The notes below the pieces were generated by a model, which saw nothing but the letters and a program-made list of their open reading frames with translations, had not been told where the DNA came from and made no database searches. Positions 62,378 through 64,000 of a stretch of DNA of 64,000 bases are shown here, one piece after another (the stretch's first letter is position 1; each line of letters starts with the position of its first letter). A program made the translations under genes and the position numbers. This DNA is from Candidatus Aminicenantes bacterium (GTDB lineage Bacteria; Acidobacteriota; Aminicenantia; UBA2199), in NCBI GenBank assembly GCA_026393835.1, contig JAPKZK010000020.1, positions 13,034 through 77,033 of the forward strand. Reading direction: 5' to 3'.

Positions 62378-64000
62378 TCAATCCCAGTGATTATCAATTA
62401 ACCACTGCATGGTTTGAAACATCGACTCCGCATACGCCTTCATGATTTCCACCTTTTGCGGGTACTGTGAAAGGTAATCCCGCGGATCCCCGGTTTTGTA
62501 TTTATACAGGCCGGGGTTCCTTTCTTCCCTCACAATCAAATAATATTCATCATCCAGGACGCCGTACTTATCATCCGCGCTAAAGTATATATAGGGACGT
62601 TTTTCTTTTTCGTTCAGCAGGTCGATACCCAGGGTGTTGTTGACATAAGGATATTTCAGCAGGCCCATAATGGTAGGAAAGACATCGATCTGCCCGCCCA
62701 GGCAGGTGAAACGCCGGCCTTCTTTGATTAAGCGCGGGGAAAATATGATGAAAGGGGTATGATTCAAATTCAGCGGCATGTCATAGACGGCATTAATGGC
62801 CAACCCATGGTCGGAAATAAAAACAAACAGCGTGCGCTTAAACCAGCCCCGCCGCGACGCCATGCGGATGAATTTTTGCAGCGCCCAATCCGAATATTCC
62901 ACGATTTGTTTTTCTTCTTCTTTACCCCGGGGCTTGAAATACCGGGGCACAATAAATGGCCGGTGGTTACTGCCGGTCATCATTACCGCCAGGAAAGGTT
63001 TTTCCCTTTGGGCCAGATCATCGAGGATGGGCATTGAAAAATCGAACATGAAATCATCCGGCACCCCCAGGGTGCTCCGACTCTTATCCCCGGGGTAATC
63101 AGCCAGGGACACGATTCTTTCAAAATCATTGGCCCTTAAGAAACCGCCGATATTGTCGAACTGGGCATCGTGGGTGGTAAAATAGACGGTGGAATAACCG
63201 TGTTTCCGCAATTCCGCCGCCATACCGGAATTTTTTTTCATGGAAACGGTTTTTAAAGGGTGTTGTTTGCGGATGGCCGGGTAGGAAAACAGCGCGGCGT
63301 AGATCCCGTTAAAGGTATGAATCCCGGACGTATAGACGTTGTCGAAACAATAACCCCGGTCGGCAATCCTATCCAGGAAGGGGGTCAGGTTGTCCGGGTT
63401 CCCGTACCGTTTCATATGGGCCGCGCTTAAGCCTTCCATGATGATCAAAACCACGTTGGCGTTAAGGGCCGGTTGGTCCGGGGTAATATTCCTGGCAATG
63501 GGCGATTGCTGCTGTATATCACCGGGTATGTTCAAATACTTGCGCACATTATCGATGGCTTTTTGGCTGTCCATTAAATGAATCGATTTGTTTTCCGCCT
63601 GGAGGGAATTAATATAACTGTGAAAAAACGTATAAACAGGGTTTAATCCCAGTTGGTTGGCAAAAGCATAATCGCAAAAATAAGCAGTGCCGATCTTGAT
63701 GGGGGATTTCTCCCCTACCCTACCCCGCACGCCGATAAATAGTACGACGACGGCCGCCAGGGAAAGGCCGATATTAACGGCAAGATACGCGGCCTTGCTT
63801 TTCGAGGTAGGCAGGGGCCTTTCGATTAAAGTTTTGCGGGCGATCTTTTTTGCCGCTAAGTAATAGGCGACGGCAAAGATAATAAAAGGAATGAAGCCCC
63901 ACCAGAGTTTAAAATCCTGGAATATCATTTTAAGGAGAAAACCGGCGTCGTCTATCCAGGTAAATACCACCGAGGAAAGATGCGAAAAAAAGTGGTTAAA
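62378..64000 (-). CDS. LtaS-like sulfatase-family phosphoglycerol/phosphoethanolamine transferase (5' end probably beyond the window)
   Basis: The ORF track begins at the GTG at 63970, but the frame stays open to nt 64000. It has N-terminal TM helices and a sulfatase core (VVLIIMEGLSA..., MMTGSNHRPF, FVFISDHG). Confidence 0.75.
   Translation of the reverse strand, partial: FNHFFSHLSSVVFTWIDDAGFLLKMIFQDFKLWWGFIPFIIFAVAYYLAAKKIARKTLIERPLPTSKSKAAYLAVNIGLSLAAVVVLFIGVRGRVGEKSPIKIGTAYFCDYAFANQLGLNPVYTFFHSYINSLQAENKSIHLMDSQKAIDNVRKYLNIPGDIQQQSPIARNITPDQPALNANVVLIIMEGLSAAHMKRYGNPDNLTPFLDRIADRGYCFDNVYTSGIHTFNGIYAALFSYPAIRKQHPLKTVSMKKNSGMAAELRKHGYSTVYFTTHDAQFDNIGGFLRANDFERIVSLADYPGDKSRSTLGVPDDFMFDFSMPILDDLAQREKPFLAVMMTGSNHRPFIVPRYFKPRGKEEEKQIVEYSDWALQKFIRMASRRGWFKRTLFVFISDHGLAINAVYDMPLNLNHTPFIIFSPRLIKEGRRFTCLGGQIDVFPTIMGLLKYPYVNNTLGIDLLNEKEKRPYIYFSADDKYGVLDDEYYLIVREERNPGLYKYKTGDPRDYLSQYPQKVEIMKAYAESMFQTMQWLIDNHWD

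Noticed and set aside
1-64000. Search by eye for tRNA, rRNA, integrase, transposase and prophage structural genes
   Set aside because: None was recognised. The intergenic regions examined lack tRNA-like T-arm (GGTTCGAATCC-type) motifs, and no ORF shows tyrosine- or serine-recombinase or DDE motifs. Dedicated tools (tRNAscan-SE, Infernal, ISEScan) should confirm this.

Overview
The window looks like a chromosomal segment from an uncultivated bacterium; I cannot assign taxonomy from the sequence alone. The backbone genes are an lhr-like helicase, two secreted sortilin/BNR propeller paralogues, an M64 peptidase, a GT2 glycosyltransferase, DUF362, an rlmI-like gene, a complete pilMNOPQ type IV pilus operon, mnmA, a MacAB-like efflux module, an EamA transporter and an LtaS-like sulfatase. 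At least four accessory or conflict regions interrupt this backbone.

1. 5.9-12.9 kb is an AT-rich island. It holds a tightly overlapped four-gene operon encoding a reader-like domain fused to a GHKL ATPase and a histidine kinase, a receiver-like protein with an unknown C-terminal half, Dcm and Vsr. A truncated hsdM lies next to it. I consider this operon the best candidate for an undescribed system: a methylation-linked defensive two-component module.
2. 21-29 kb carries a TM-NACHT-FGE STAND protein and a Septu-like HNH gene paired with an unusual metallophosphoesterase-ABC-ATPase fusion. The fusion gene is translationally coupled to an orphan TPR-lipoprotein secretin.
3. 29-35.8 kb is a ~6.6 kb accessory segment bracketed by a 106-bp direct repeat that duplicates the 5' end of the secretin gene. 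It contains HEPN/MNT, an LRR-Roc GTPase, RhuM and an AAA/PDDEXK_9 gene.
4. 51.9-55.2 kb is a three-gene operon ending in a KGGVGR (ParA/MinD-like) ATPase-TPR protein.

The intergenic DNA around the accessory genes is also unusual. It contains several arrays of strictly 21-bp-phased degenerate tandem repeats, one arranged as 10 forward plus about 10 inverted units. It also contains heptanucleotide microsatellite blocks, a GTAGGG-hairpin REP-like family, a conserved terminator-like hairpin element in three copies, and a 134-bp MITE-like insertion with a 7-bp target duplication. I recognised no rRNA, tRNA, CRISPR array, integrase or transposase. All functional calls rest on motif recognition by eye and no searches were run.
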